Shown here piece after piece: positions 18,337 through 29,048 of a stretch of 64,000 bases of DNA. The notes beneath the pieces are model-generated. The model was not told the DNA's origin. It saw nothing but the letters and a program-made list of their open reading frames with translations, and searched no databases. Position 1 is the stretch's first letter, and each line of letters begins with the position of its first letter. The DNA is from an uncultured bacterium (GTDB taxonomy: Bacteria > Oederibacteriota > Oederibacteriia > Oederibacteriales > Oederibacteriaceae). The stretch is from NCBI GenBank assembly GCA_965112635.1, contig OZ218778.1, positions 2,272,001-2,336,000 of the forward strand. The letters are read 5' to 3'. A program made the position numbers and the translations under genes.

Positions 18337-19041
18337 TTAACCGCCCAGGTAGGATTTCTGTATTATCTTGTTCTTTAACAGTTTTTTTGCCGTATCTTCA
18401 TGAACAATCCGCCCTGTTTCTAGAACATATCCCCGATTCGCGATAGAAAGAGCCATTTGGGCGTTCTGTTCAACAAGCAAAATGGAAGCCCCTTTTCTGT
18501 GAAAGTCTTTGATGGTATCAAAAATGATTTGAACGTATTTCGGGGCCAAACCGAGCGAAGGTTCATCGAACAAAAGAAGTTTAGGGTCGGACATGATCGC
18601 TCTTCCCATAGCCAGCATCTGCTGTTCGCCCCCTGAGAGAGTGCCTCCCTTTTGGCGCAGTCTTCCCTTGAGTATTGGGAACAAATCAAAAACTTTATCC
18701 AAGTCGCGCCTGATCCCCTGCGCATTTTTCCTGACAAAACAACCCAGTTCGAGGTTTTCCATAACCGTAAGATCAGAGAATATCTGTCTGCCTTCTGGGC
18801 ACTGCGAAATCCCGATCTTTACTATTTCTTCGGGAGGCAAGGAACTGATCGCCCTGCCTCCAAAATAAATATTCCCGGATGAAAGTTTGATCAAACCGGA
18901 GATGGCCATGAGCGTTGTTGTCTTACCCGCTCCATTTGCGCCGATCAAAGTTACGATCTCATTCTCTTTTACTTCCAGCGAGATGCCTTTTAGAGCAGGA
19001 ATGTTTCCATAAAACGAATAAACCTGGTCAAGTTTAAGCAG
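18337..19041 (-). CDS. livF: branched-chain amino acid ABC transporter ATPase
   Basis: GANGAGKT, LSGGEQQM, DEPSLGLAP, VEQN; homology begins at CTG 19041, start uncertain. Confidence 0.92.
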   Translation of the reverse strand: MLKLDQVYSFYGNIPALKGISLEVKENEIVTLIGANGAGKTTTLMAISGLIKLSSGNIYFGGRAISSLPPEEIVKIGISQCPEGRQIFSDLTVMENLELGCFVRKNAQGIRRDLDKVFDLFPILKGRLRQKGGTLSGGEQQMLAMGRAIMSDPKLLLFDEPSLGLAPKYVQIIFDTIKDFHRKGASILLVEQNAQMALSIANRGYVLETGRIVHEDTAKKLLKNKIIQKSYLGG

Positions 19042-19819
19042 CTTGCGTCCCTTTCCCCAAATAGGCTTCCAATACGCGGCGATCTCTTTGTATCTTTTGC
19101 GGATCACCATCCGCAATCTTTTCACCGTGGTCTAACACTATGACCTGGTCTGAAATACCCATGACCATTTTCATATTATGTTCAATGATGATGAAAGTAA
19201 GATTTTTATCTTTGATGAACTTGATGACATTCATCATTTCTTTGATTTCACTCGGATTCATTCCTGCCACCGGTTCATCCAACAAAAGGATTGACGGTTC
19301 TGTGGCAAAGGCCCTGGCCAATTCTAATTTTTTTTGGTGGCCATAGGATATGTTGCAGGCCAGTTCGTACGCCACGTCATCTAGGTTAAAAAGTTTTAAG
19401 ATACCCATGGACTGATCGACGATTAAACTTTCATGTTTAAGATGATCCTTTATGGCTGCTAAATGGAGGTAGTGAAAATCGATCATTCTGTGTTTTCCCA
19501 CCAGTACATTCTCTAGAACAGTCATATTCGCAAAAAGTCTAATATTCTGGAATGTCCTCGCCAATCCTTTATTAATGATCTTGTAAGGTCTCAGCTTAGT
19601 GATATCACGACTACCTTCTCCGAAAAAAATGGCCCCAGAGCTCGGCTTGTAAAGACCCGTAATGCAATTGAACAGAGTCGTTTTACCTGAGCCGTTTGGT
19701 CCAATCAAACTGGCAATAGCCCCTTTTTTGACGGAAAAACTTATATCTTTCAGTGCCGAGAGTCCGCCAAATTGTTTACTGAGTCCCTTAACCTCTAAAA
19801 TCAGATCATTTTTGTGCAT
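19034..19819 (-). CDS. livG: branched-chain amino acid ABC transporter ATPase
   Basis: FGGL, GPNGSGKT, ARTFQNIRLF, DEP.AGMN, EAYLG. Confidence 0.93.
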   Translation of the reverse strand: MHKNDLILEVKGLSKQFGGLSALKDISFSVKKGAIASLIGPNGSGKTTLFNCITGLYKPSSGAIFFGEGSRDITKLRPYKIINKGLARTFQNIRLFANMTVLENVLVGKHRMIDFHYLHLAAIKDHLKHESLIVDQSMGILKLFNLDDVAYELACNISYGHQKKLELARAFATEPSILLLDEPVAGMNPSEIKEMMNVIKFIKDKNLTFIIIEHNMKMVMGISDQVIVLDHGEKIADGDPQKIQRDRRVLEAYLGKGTQAA

Positions 19820-19834
19820 AATCGTTATTTTTCC

Positions 19835-19867
19835 AAAAAAAAACCTCTGAAGCACAGAGGTTTTTTT
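19835..19867. terminator. bidirectional intrinsic terminator after the Crp-family gene
   Basis: A9-CCTCTG-aagca-CAGAGG-T7. Confidence 0.8.
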
Positions 19868-19891
19868 AATTTTTTGAATTTTTCTGGGAAA

Positions 19892-20545
19892 TCAGGCGCC
19901 GAATTCTTCCATCATCTGTAAGAAGTTAATGTATTTTTCAAGGCTTTCTAAACTAACAATAATAATTTGATTATCAACAAGTTTTATTACCTTGGCTTTG
20001 AGCATTTTTTCTATTACTTCTTGAACTTTATCCTGGCTCAAACCTACCTGGTTAGCCAGTTCTGTCGGCCCCAAAGCAAAATCCATCTTTATGCCATTAT
20101 CACAAGGCACGCCGTGTTTGTGGGCGAGGTTAAAAAGAGAATTAGCAACACGGCTGTTGCTGTCTTTTAGCAAAAGATTTTCGATTTGCTTGTCAGCCTC
20201 CCTCAAACGCGAACTCATCTTTTTTAAGATCTTTTTCACGATCAAAGGATTGGTCTGCATGTGAAGCTCAAAAACCTTTTCATCCAGCGCCACTAACTTC
20301 GCCGATTCCAAAGCTATGGCCGTAGCAGAGCGCGGAGCCTTATCGATAACAGCCATCTCACCAAAAAAATCGCCCTCTTGTAAAATTGCCAATGTTTTTT
20401 CCACATCTTTCATGCGTTTTACAATTTTAACTTTACCCTTCTGGATGATGAACATTTTATCGCCAATTTCACCTTCTTTAAAAATAACCTCCCCGTCTGT
20501 AAAAACCTTAGAATTTTTTTCCAAAATCTCTTGCTCTGTCGGCAT
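19892..20545 (-). CDS. Crp/Fnr-family cyclic-nucleotide-binding regulator
   Basis: FFGEMA...PRSATA cNMP-binding motif plus C-terminal HTH. Confidence 0.9.
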   Translation of the reverse strand: MPTEQEILEKNSKVFTDGEVIFKEGEIGDKMFIIQKGKVKIVKRMKDVEKTLAILQEGDFFGEMAVIDKAPRSATAIALESAKLVALDEKVFELHMQTNPLIVKKILKKMSSRLREADKQIENLLLKDSNSRVANSLFNLAHKHGVPCDNGIKMDFALGPTELANQVGLSQDKVQEVIEKMLKAKVIKLVDNQIIIVSLESLEKYINFLQMMEEFGA

Positions 20546-20595
20546 ATAGCCCCCCGATCCTTTAATTAATATTTCTGAACAAATTAGCTTCCAAA

Positions 20596-20624
20596 AAAAT
20601 ATCAGAAATCAACTAAGCTGTCAA
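20596..20624 (-). promoter_or_regulatory. promoter TTGACA-N17-TATTTT for the Crp-family gene
   Basis: perfect -35, 17-nt spacer, extended TG. Confidence 0.6.
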
Positions 20625-20697
20625 CTTTCACACTCAGGAGTAAATAATTACGTAAAAATTAGAAACAAATCTTTTATTGGCAACCAGAAGAGAATGA

Positions 20698-21717
20698 CTA
20701 CCACTTAAAGGTCAAATCAAAACGGTGAGTATTTCCCAATTCCCCTAAAGGCTCGAATCCATAATCGAATTCAAAGTTCATGAAAGCCGATCCTAAACCG
20801 GCTGTAATACCATTGTTGGTTTCAAAATCATTCTGCCCAAACTGGTATTTATATCCAAGTCTTCCTATGATATTGATTGATTTGTAATAGGAAGAATATT
20901 CTAAACCGAAATTAAGTTGCCCGGTGTTGTCGTTGGGCTGGATAAAGTCAGCAACAAAAACTACATTCTTATCAGGCACTTTCATGGCGCTGCCTAGCCT
21001 GAATTGTAAGGGCAGCGAAAAACCATTCTGATCTAGCTTCAAAGAAGTGCCAATATTTTGTACCGCCATACCAACAGACAGGTTGCGCACGCCTGTATTG
21101 GTACATAAAACTCCGAGGTCGCTGCCAAATGCCAAGGCGCTCTTGTCGGCCAGGCTTTCATTAATCACTTTCACCGATAAACCACCTTGCCAACCAGGAA
21201 AAACTCTCAAAGCATAACCAAGTGTAATAAGCATGTCAGAAGCGGAAAAAGTTTGTCCTGTGTTGTCAATAAAATATGCTTGATTGGCAACGCCTGAGCC
21301 TGGGCTTGTTTCAGGTTGCTGGGTGATATCGACGGTGGTTTGACTGATGGAAGAGGTGCTTAGGAACAAAACGCTTGCTCCTATGGCACCAATATTGGCA
21401 ATGGATGGTATCGCCAAAACCCCATATTCAATATTGATATCTTGAAACCACATGGAATGCTCAAGGGTCATTTGGCTTTGTTTGAGGGTAACCAACCCCG
21501 CGGGATTCCAGTATAATGCGGTAGCGTCATCAGCAAGACCAGTAAATGCCTCGCCCATTCCTACTGCCCTTGCTCCCTCGCCGATTTTAAGAAAAGAAGC
21601 AGCAGTACCCCCGATGGGTTCTGCATTAACAATAGGCAAAAAAAGAAAACAGAACACCAGCATAAAAACTACAAAGAAAATACTTAGGGATAGGCACACA
21701 AATTTGAATTGGGTCAT
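20698..21717 (-). CDS. PorV/PorQ (UPF0164)-family outer-membrane beta-barrel
   Basis: FLKIGEGARAVGMGEAF...DDATALYWNPAGL; C-terminal GELGNTHRF...W. Confidence 0.85.
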   Translation of the reverse strand: MTQFKFVCLSLSIFFVVFMLVFCFLFLPIVNAEPIGGTAASFLKIGEGARAVGMGEAFTGLADDATALYWNPAGLVTLKQSQMTLEHSMWFQDINIEYGVLAIPSIANIGAIGASVLFLSTSSISQTTVDITQQPETSPGSGVANQAYFIDNTGQTFSASDMLITLGYALRVFPGWQGGLSVKVINESLADKSALAFGSDLGVLCTNTGVRNLSVGMAVQNIGTSLKLDQNGFSLPLQFRLGSAMKVPDKNVVFVADFIQPNDNTGQLNFGLEYSSYYKSINIIGRLGYKYQFGQNDFETNNGITAGLGSAFMNFEFDYGFEPLGELGNTHRFDLTFKW

Positions 21718-21776
21718 ATCTTTTGTTTACAACTCCCCTAAATTCAAACCTTTTTTACGAAAAAATTTCTTAACTA

Positions 21777-21804
21777 ATTTTAACACCTTAAAAAAGAATG
21801 TCAA
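21777..21804 (-). promoter_or_regulatory. promoter TTGACA-N16-TAAAAT for the PorV-like gene
   Basis: near-consensus hexamers with extended TG. Confidence 0.6.
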
Positions 21805-21862
21805 ATATGTTCGGGACTAGCCAATTTAGGGGCTTAAATACGGCAAATAATAGGTATTAGGG

Positions 21863-22492
21863 CTATTTAATAATGGCCCTTTCAATAGTCTCAAGGATTG
21901 TTTTGGCTAAACTTTCGCATTCTCGCAACGTTTCCTCATATTGGTTGCGCACCTCATGTTTAAATATATCATCTTTGATGTATTTCAAATTTGTCTCAAT
22001 ATTTAAAGCGGCCCCTTGAAAAGCAGCCTGCAAAAAAATAACCCCAACCCCAATATCGCTAATAAGGGCCGAATTACCTTTTTCGCAAAGGATCACAGCT
22101 TTTTTAATAACAGCGTGACAATGCGTTGTTATCTCTAAAGGAATCTCTGCTGCACTTTTTAAGGCCTTCTGAATCTCCAAAGTTCTATATTTTTTCTCTT
22201 CTTCAGTATTTTTGGGTAATTTAAACGTGTTATTTAGCATTCCATAGACTTCAGCATCTTTTTCGGTCAATTTTTGAAGTAATCCACGCCTTCTTTCCAA
22301 TTCTGCAAGAAGGCCTTTCATCTCCATTTCGTGTTTATTCAAATCTTCCTTAGCTAAAGTATAATGCGTTACCATACTTAGCAACGCACAACCCAATGCG
22401 CCAACTAACGCCGAGGCGCTGCCACCGCCTGGAGTTGGCGCATGACTAGCTAAACGTTCCAAATAATTCTCTAAAGTATTTTCAAGGAACAT
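21863..22492 (-). CDS. cyclodeaminase/cyclohydrolase (FTCD_C) family protein
   Basis: LAS.APTPGGGSASA, KGN...ISD, N...NL. Confidence 0.9.
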   Translation of the reverse strand: MFLENTLENYLERLASHAPTPGGGSASALVGALGCALLSMVTHYTLAKEDLNKHEMEMKGLLAELERRRGLLQKLTEKDAEVYGMLNNTFKLPKNTEEEKKYRTLEIQKALKSAAEIPLEITTHCHAVIKKAVILCEKGNSALISDIGVGVIFLQAAFQGAALNIETNLKYIKDDIFKHEVRNQYEETLRECESLAKTILETIERAIIK

Positions 22493-22572
22493 TTTATTCC
22501 CCCGCAAATTGAATGCTCAGATTATGATTCTACATCAAAAAATTACAATCAAAAACAATAAATACTCGGCTT

Positions 22573-25425
22573 TTAATTCTTTAACATCGAAGCTATTAAT
22601 TTTACTCCCTCTTCCAGTACTGGTTTTAAATATGAACCCGTATAAGACTTTTTAACTTTGACAATATCTTCCGGAGTTCCTTCGGCAATAATTTCGCCAC
22701 CTTCTTCCCCGCCCTCCGGTCCTAGGTCGACCAAATAATCTGCTGTTTTGATAACATCTAAGTTATGTTCAATAACTAAAACAGTATTCCCTGAATCCAC
22801 AAGGCGAAACAAAACCTGGAGAAGCCTATCAATATCAGCAAAATGCAAGCCTGTTGTCGGCTCATCCAAAATATAAAACGTCCGCCCAGTACTTTTCCGA
22901 CAAAGTTCTGAGGACAACTTGACTCTTTGAGCCTCGCCCCCAGAAAGAGTAGTCGCAGGTTGACCCAACTTTATATATCCTAATCCCGTCTCTTGTAATG
23001 TTGATAGGACCTTGCTTATGCTGGGGATAGATCTAAAAAATTCAAACGCCTCAGAAACCGTCATATTTAAAACATCCGCTATGGATTTGTCCTTATATCT
23101 TATTTCTAGAGTTTCATGGTTATAGCGTTTTCCCTTGCAAACCTCACAGGGTACATACACATCAGGTAAAAAGTGCATTTCAATCCGCAGAATTCCATCA
23201 CCTTCGCAGGCTTCACATCTTCCTCCTGACACATTAAAGCTAAATCGTCCTGGCTTATAGCCCCTTTGTTTTGATTCAGGCAACATACTGAACAAGCTCC
23301 TTATGTCATCAAAAACTCCGGTGTAGGTAACAGGATTGGAACGTGGCGTCCTGCCAATGGGAGATTGGTCTATGTTAATGACCTTGTCCAAATTCTCATG
23401 ACCTAGGATTTTTTCGTATTTTGCGGGCTTACTTTTAACTTTATAGATCTCTCGAATTAGACCCGGCCCCAATGTTTCAGTAACAAGGCTGCTCTTTCCC
23501 GAACCAGATACACCGGTCACGCAAGTGAAAGTACCTAACGGGATTTTTACGTTTATACTTTTTAAATTATTTTCCGAGGCCCCTCGAATTTCTAAATATT
23601 TTCCGTTACCCTTTCGCCTTGGCCTCGGGACGGGTATGAAACTATCTCTCCTAAGATATTTTCCCGAAATGGATTGGTCGCAAGCCAGAATTTCGGAGTA
23701 ATTCCCAGCCACCACCACATTGCCACCCATTTGCCCAGCTGAAGGACCCATATCCACAATAAAATCGGCAGATTTAATTGTTGCCTCATCATGCTCTACG
23801 ACTAAAACCGTATTCCCAATATCACGTAGATGGTGCAGTGTTTTTAAAAGACGCTCGTTATCTCTTTGGTGAAGACCGATACTGGGCTCATCAAGGATAT
23901 ACAAAACACCCATCAAGCCGGAGCCGATCTGAGTAGCTAAATGGATGCGTGCCGACTCGCCCCCAGCTAGAGTTTCAGCCGGCCTAGATAAGGTTAAATA
24001 ATCCAAACCAACATTAGAAAGAAAAAGCAGCCGCTCCCTAATCTCTTTTAGAATTTGTTTTGCAATTTGCGTTTCCCTATTCGTTAGTTTTAGGTTGTCA
24101 AAAAAATTGAGCGCCCTCTTAATCGATAAATCAGTTAACTGGATAATGGATAAGCCGCTCACGGTCACTGCTAAGCTTTCTTGTTTTAACCTCAATCCCT
24201 TACAACTTGGGCATGGAAGCTCCTGCATAAACCGGCTTATTTCTTCACGAATATAATTTGATTGCGTTTCTCGATACCTTCTTTCCAGATTCTTAACAAC
24301 GCCTTCAAAGCGCATGGAATATTCATGAGCCTTGTCCTGTTTCTGAAAACGTATCTCGACCTTTTCACTTCCGGTACCGTAAAGAATAATATTTTGAAAT
24401 TCTTCTTTAAGGCTCCCAAACGGGATATCCAAGCGAAAATGATAATGGGCAGCCAGCCCCTGAATCAGCTGTTGGTAGTAATAGGCAGTAGGGCTGTTCC
24501 ACGGAAGGATGGCCCCTTCCTTTAAAGAGCGCTTGAAATCTACTACTAAGGACGGATTAATTTCCATTTTCACACCCAAACCACTGCAGTCCGGGCAGGC
24601 CCCATAAGGATTATTGAAGGAGAACATGCGGGGACTTAATTCCTCAAAGCTAGTACCGCAATATAAGCAAGCAAAATGCTCTGAAAAACTAGTTTGTTTC
24701 CCATCAATTTCCACCGTAACAATACCTTCGGACAACTTCAAGGCTGTCTCAACCGAATCAGCCAACCGCTTCCTTTCGCTAGGTTTGACAACAAGACGGT
24801 CCACTACCACTTCAATTTGGTGTTTTTTATTTTTATCAAGCGAAATTTTTCCAGAAAGATCAAACAGTTTACCGTCTACTCTAACGCGAACAAATCCCAT
24901 GTGCCTTGCTTTTTCAAATAGATGGCGGTACTCACCTTTACGACCTCGGACAAGCGGAGAAAGGATATGTATTTTGCTTGAAATGGGCTGGAATAAGATT
25001 TGATCAACAATTTGATCTACATTTTGTGTCTTTATTTCACGGCCACATTTGGGACAATGCGGAATTCCAATGCGCGCATACAGCAGCCTTAAATAATCGA
25101 AAATTTCAGTAATTGTGCCCACTGTTGAGCGGGGATTGTGACTTCCGGATTTTTGTTCAATGGCAATGGCCGGAGAAAGCCCTTCGATTGAATCTACATC
25201 AGGTTTGTCCATCTGCCCCAAAAACTGCCTAGCATAAGCTGAAAGAGACTCTACGTACCGCCTCTGGCCTTCAGCGTAGATGGTGTCAAAGGCCAAAGTA
25301 GATTTACCAGAACCAGAAATGCCGGTTATAACTACAAATTTATTACGAGGCAAAGAAACCGTGATGTTCTTTAAATTATGTTCTCTTGCGCCTTTAACAA
25401 CAATATAATCTTGCACACAAACCAC
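22573..25425 (-). CDS. uvrA: excinuclease ABC subunit A
   Basis: GAREHNLK, two GxSGSGKS Walker A motifs, zinc fingers. Confidence 0.98.
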   Translation of the reverse strand: MVCVQDYIVVKGAREHNLKNITVSLPRNKFVVITGISGSGKSTLAFDTIYAEGQRRYVESLSAYARQFLGQMDKPDVDSIEGLSPAIAIEQKSGSHNPRSTVGTITEIFDYLRLLYARIGIPHCPKCGREIKTQNVDQIVDQILFQPISSKIHILSPLVRGRKGEYRHLFEKARHMGFVRVRVDGKLFDLSGKISLDKNKKHQIEVVVDRLVVKPSERKRLADSVETALKLSEGIVTVEIDGKQTSFSEHFACLYCGTSFEELSPRMFSFNNPYGACPDCSGLGVKMEINPSLVVDFKRSLKEGAILPWNSPTAYYYQQLIQGLAAHYHFRLDIPFGSLKEEFQNIILYGTGSEKVEIRFQKQDKAHEYSMRFEGVVKNLERRYRETQSNYIREEISRFMQELPCPSCKGLRLKQESLAVTVSGLSIIQLTDLSIKRALNFFDNLKLTNRETQIAKQILKEIRERLLFLSNVGLDYLTLSRPAETLAGGESARIHLATQIGSGLMGVLYILDEPSIGLHQRDNERLLKTLHHLRDIGNTVLVVEHDEATIKSADFIVDMGPSAGQMGGNVVVAGNYSEILACDQSISGKYLRRDSFIPVPRPRRKGNGKYLEIRGASENNLKSINVKIPLGTFTCVTGVSGSGKSSLVTETLGPGLIREIYKVKSKPAKYEKILGHENLDKVINIDQSPIGRTPRSNPVTYTGVFDDIRSLFSMLPESKQRGYKPGRFSFNVSGGRCEACEGDGILRIEMHFLPDVYVPCEVCKGKRYNHETLEIRYKDKSIADVLNMTVSEAFEFFRSIPSISKVLSTLQETGLGYIKLGQPATTLSGGEAQRVKLSSELCRKSTGRTFYILDEPTTGLHFADIDRLLQVLFRLVDSGNTVLVIEHNLDVIKTADYLVDLGPEGGEEGGEIIAEGTPEDIVKVKKSYTGSYLKPVLEEGVKLIASMLKN

Positions 25426-25432
25426 CTTACTT

Positions 25433-26128
25433 TTATTTGCTCAAAGGTTGATTTTTCCTGATTTTTCTGACCAGCAGATTCTGAGCATGTTCTATGGCAG
25501 TATTTTTGATTGATAAATCCTTAGTATTCTCTATTACCCAACCCCAATGCAAATAGGCCTCTTGCCATTTATGCTCTTTTTCAAGAATAAAGCCAAGCAT
25601 GCGTTCTAAGATTGGTGGATGGTCAGGCCAACGGACAATATCTTCTAAAATGGGAATCAATTTTTTGAGTTCATGGGTCTTTTGGAAAGCTAAAGCAGCC
25701 AGTAAAAGCGCCAATCGATTTGCCGATGGATTTTCCCGAAGCCCCTCTTCCATCAATGCGACGCCCTCAGGAATCCGGTTGAGATTCCATACTAATACGG
25801 CTCCGCCATTAATATAGGCATAGACGAAATGCGGGTCCATCGCAGTGATCATGACCAATTTGGAATAATATTGCCTGTACCCTTCCTTCCGGTTTGATAA
25901 ATCACCATAGTACTGTAATAAGTCCAACCATAACATATCAGCGACAAACCGCCTAACCCCCACAGTGACTGCCGTAATAATTATGGGCGATTTTTGCTGT
26001 TTGGAGGACCAAAAGGTAGACCGTAGAAATAGCGATGATGTGCTTTTATTTAGATGTACTTCCAAGCCTAAGATAGTGATCAGAAATAGAATCAAAATCA
26101 ATGCCTGATTTCTTTTTGATAAAAGCAA
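25433..26128 (-). CDS. membrane-anchored TPR-like protein, PilG/XapA-like
   Basis: ADMLW...LQYYG...MDPHF..AY motif; lies after the ABC permease. Confidence 0.65.
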   Translation of the reverse strand: MLLSKRNQALILILFLITILGLEVHLNKSTSSLFLRSTFWSSKQQKSPIIITAVTVGVRRFVADMLWLDLLQYYGDLSNRKEGYRQYYSKLVMITAMDPHFVYAYINGGAVLVWNLNRIPEGVALMEEGLRENPSANRLALLLAALAFQKTHELKKLIPILEDIVRWPDHPPILERMLGFILEKEHKWQEAYLHWGWVIENTKDLSIKNTAIEHAQNLLVRKIRKNQPLSK

Positions 26129-26899
26129 TTAGAAATCCCTCTTTTTGAAAGCCAGGTAGGATAAAAATAATAAAAAAGAACTATAGACAAACCCATAAGC
26201 TACAACTTCAAACGCATAGGGTAAGGAAACAAAATATTGAGTTTCAGCAATGCGGTCTTTTAGGTTGAAGTAACTTAAATTGGGCAAAAAGTAATAACAT
26301 GTTTTTAATATTACCCTAACTCCCGGATCTTTGATTTGCTGGGAGAACGCATAGATTTGGTGGCTCCCTTGACCCAAAACATACACAAATAGCGTAAAAA
26401 GAACGCTGGTTGGTAAAGAAGTAGTAAAGATGCAGAAAAATATCGCCACGCTGCTAACAACAACTAATTCAAAATAAATAAAAAGTGGGATTGATAAAAA
26501 TATTGGCGAAAAAGCCATTTGTTTTACCAACATGATAAAAAACAATGAGCAGGTTAAGTAAAAAATCACCCAAAATAAAGTCCAAATTGTACCGGCAAAC
26601 TTACCCAAAAGAAATTGTCCCCGTGAAATTGGTTTAGTCAGCTCTATAAGAGGAGTTTTGTTTTCAAGTTCCTTAAAAAAACCGAAAGAAAGGCAAAAAA
26701 TTACGGTAAATAATCCCAGTAATTCGATCAAAACAAACCCAAGGTCAATCGATGCTTTTTCATCAACACCCGGGATAAGACTTGGTAATAGCAATACACC
26801 AACTAACATGGTGATAAGGAAAACCACTAAAAGAGAATATATTTTAGCCCTCATCATCGAAAGGTGGAATAATTCGGCCATCACTGCTATTTTATGCAT
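26129..26899 (-). CDS. ABC-2 type transporter permease (PilI-like)
   Basis: about 6 TM; E.E.KT...L.KPISR.QFLLGKF.G; ends FKKRDF. Confidence 0.88.
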   Translation of the reverse strand: MHKIAVMAELFHLSMMRAKIYSLLVVFLITMLVGVLLLPSLIPGVDEKASIDLGFVLIELLGLFTVIFCLSFGFFKELENKTPLIELTKPISRGQFLLGKFAGTIWTLFWVIFYLTCSLFFIMLVKQMAFSPIFLSIPLFIYFELVVVSSVAIFFCIFTTSLPTSVLFTLFVYVLGQGSHQIYAFSQQIKDPGVRVILKTCYYFLPNLSYFNLKDRIAETQYFVSLPYAFEVVAYGFVYSSFLLFLSYLAFKKRDF

Positions 26900-27666
26900 A
26901 TTCTCTTATTCCCCAAAGAATCTGAATTCTTAGCTTTACCAATGACTTTAATAAAGTGCTGCTCTAAACTGTCTTTTTTCTTTTTAATATCTCTAATAAA
27001 AGTTTGATCAACTAATTTACCATCAGCAATTATGCCAATACGATCACAAATTTTTTCAACCTCACTTAATAAATGGGAATTAAAAATGATGGTTTTCCCT
27101 TCGTGCTTTAAATCTATGAGTATATCTCGCATCTCTTTATATCCCAAAGGATCCAAACCTGACATGGGCTCGTCAAAAAAGACAATTTCCGGGTCTTTGA
27201 TCAACGCCTGAGCTAAAGCGATACGCTGCAACATCCCCTTGGAATATTCGGAGAGTCTTCTATTAATAAATCCGGATAGATTCAACTTATCAATAAGACT
27301 TCTGATTCTTTCCTTGATGCGGCGACGGTCACCATCATACAATTTCCCGTAATAGTTCAGAGTCTCCTCCGCTGTTAGATATAAGGGCAAATATGGCAAC
27401 TCAGGGACATAACCGATTTTATTTTTCAAAGGAATTTGCTGGACATTTTGTCCTAGTACTTTAATCTCACCTTTATCGGGAAAGATCAGTCCTACTAAAA
27501 GTTTCATGGTTGTTGTTTTACCAGCCCCATTAAGGCCCAACAAACCATACACTTCCCCTGTCTGGACTTGCATGGAGAAATCCATGACACCTCTATGCGT
27601 GATTTTCTTAAAGAGATGCTTTCTTACATAACTTTTTGTGACGCCAATGGCTTCTACTGCGATCAT
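26887..27666 (-). CDS. ABC transporter ATP-binding protein (PilH-like)
   Basis: GLNGAGKTT, YSKGMLQR, DEPMSGLDP; ATG 27666 with AGGAG. Confidence 0.92.
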   Translation of the reverse strand: MIAVEAIGVTKSYVRKHLFKKITHRGVMDFSMQVQTGEVYGLLGLNGAGKTTTMKLLVGLIFPDKGEIKVLGQNVQQIPLKNKIGYVPELPYLPLYLTAEETLNYYGKLYDGDRRRIKERIRSLIDKLNLSGFINRRLSEYSKGMLQRIALAQALIKDPEIVFFDEPMSGLDPLGYKEMRDILIDLKHEGKTIIFNSHLLSEVEKICDRIGIIADGKLVDQTFIRDIKKKKDSLEQHFIKVIGKAKNSDSLGNKRICIK

Positions 27667-27848
27667 ATTGAAATTACTCCTAAACATTGGGAATACATAA
27701 AATATACGAACAAAACAGTTAGTATTATATCCAAAATGCCAATCTGCTAAAATAAATTTTTAAATTCTCTTGATTTTAACTGTTTCCAGTGGTAATTGTA
27801 TAAAGTTTTTAAAACCACATAAAAGCATAGTCTGTTTTGGAGGAGATA

Positions 27849-28241
27849 ATGAAAAAATTAGCTAAAGACAGAAAACAAATGTTAAAAAAATTACTATTAG
27901 ATCTTCGCGAAGATTTTAGTAAAAGAATTCATCATGAAATGGATACAAAAAAGAATGAGTTAAGCGATGACCGTAACCAGGCACCAATGGATTTTGGGGA
28001 TTTATCCTCAATGGAGTTTGAACAGTCAATGGAAAGCACTTTATTAAATCGTGAAACCGAAATTTGGAATCGGATCGATTTGGCCTTAGAGCGTCTTAAA
28101 CAGGGTTCATATGGAATATGCGAAAATTGCAAGAAAGAAATTTCTTTGGCAAGATTACGCGCCATGCCTTTTGTGGAATACTGTGTTTTGTGTCAGGGAA
28201 GCAAAGAAAAAACCTCTTCAACTCCTAAGAACCAACCCTAA
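27849..28241 (+). CDS. dksA: TraR/DksA-family C4 zinc-finger regulator
   Basis: coiled coil with DFGDLS tip; YGICENC...RL.AMP....CVLC; GGAGG SD before ATG 27849. Confidence 0.85.
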   Translation: MKKLAKDRKQMLKKLLLDLREDFSKRIHHEMDTKKNELSDDRNQAPMDFGDLSSMEFEQSMESTLLNRETEIWNRIDLALERLKQGSYGICENCKKEISLARLRAMPFVEYCVLCQGSKEKTSSTPKNQP

Positions 28242-29037
28242 TATTTTTAACAAACCCCTCTAATAAAGCCAAAGCGGAATCAGCTGCCAGCGCACTGGTT
28301 TTGGGATTAGCGGCTGACGGCAAGTTTTCTGTCCTACACACCATTCGTCCAAATCGTCCTTCCAAAGTTATCTCATGCACATTGATAAAAAGGGAGGGAT
28401 CAGCAATGATCTTCACTTGAGTGTTTTCTGGTCCGATACCGGCCAAACTAAGTGTGGCAGCCACATTAATATTGGCTGGAAATGCCTTAGCGGCTTCTAG
28501 GGCATTACCCTCGAAGATGACTGTGCGCACCTTAATTTTTTCCAAATCTATCTTTTTATTAACAATATAGGGGGCGTTCGCAAAACTTTTTGGTGGCTTT
28601 GAGGTAACTAGGATCACTTTGTCGATATGTTCTTGTTTCGCGGCTTTAATGGCATCGATCCCACCAATCGCCCCTGAAGGAACAAAAATATTTAGTCCTT
28701 TGCTTTGCGCCTTGATAATCAGTTTCTCTTCGTAGAGCAACGCTCCAACAGAAAGAAAAATGACATTCTTGTTTTTCCACCTTACGCATTCTTTGAGAAC
28801 TTTAGACACCGCAGCTTGATTAGCGCACTCTACAATAATGTCAACATCTTTAACTAATGCCGCTAAAGTGGAAACTTTCGGCTTTAAAGATAAAGTTTCT
28901 AACAATCTTTTAGTCTTGGCCAGGTCATTATCGCAAATGGCAGCAAGTTTCAGTTGAGGAAATCTTTTTTCTAAATTTTGGGCCAAAACAGTGCCAATAC
29001 CACCACACCCTATAATTCCTACTTTTCTCGTTTTCAT
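28225..29037 (-). CDS. nadX: L-aspartate dehydrogenase
   Basis: GCGGIG, SGAIGGIDA, FPANINVAA, NPKTS. Confidence 0.92.
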   Translation of the reverse strand: MKTRKVGIIGCGGIGTVLAQNLEKRFPQLKLAAICDNDLAKTKRLLETLSLKPKVSTLAALVKDVDIIVECANQAAVSKVLKECVRWKNKNVIFLSVGALLYEEKLIIKAQSKGLNIFVPSGAIGGIDAIKAAKQEHIDKVILVTSKPPKSFANAPYIVNKKIDLEKIKVRTVIFEGNALEAAKAFPANINVAATLSLAGIGPENTQVKIIADPSLFINVHEITLEGRFGRMVCRTENLPSAANPKTSALAADSALALLEGFVKNIRVGS

Positions 29038-29048
29038 ATCTCTCTCAA

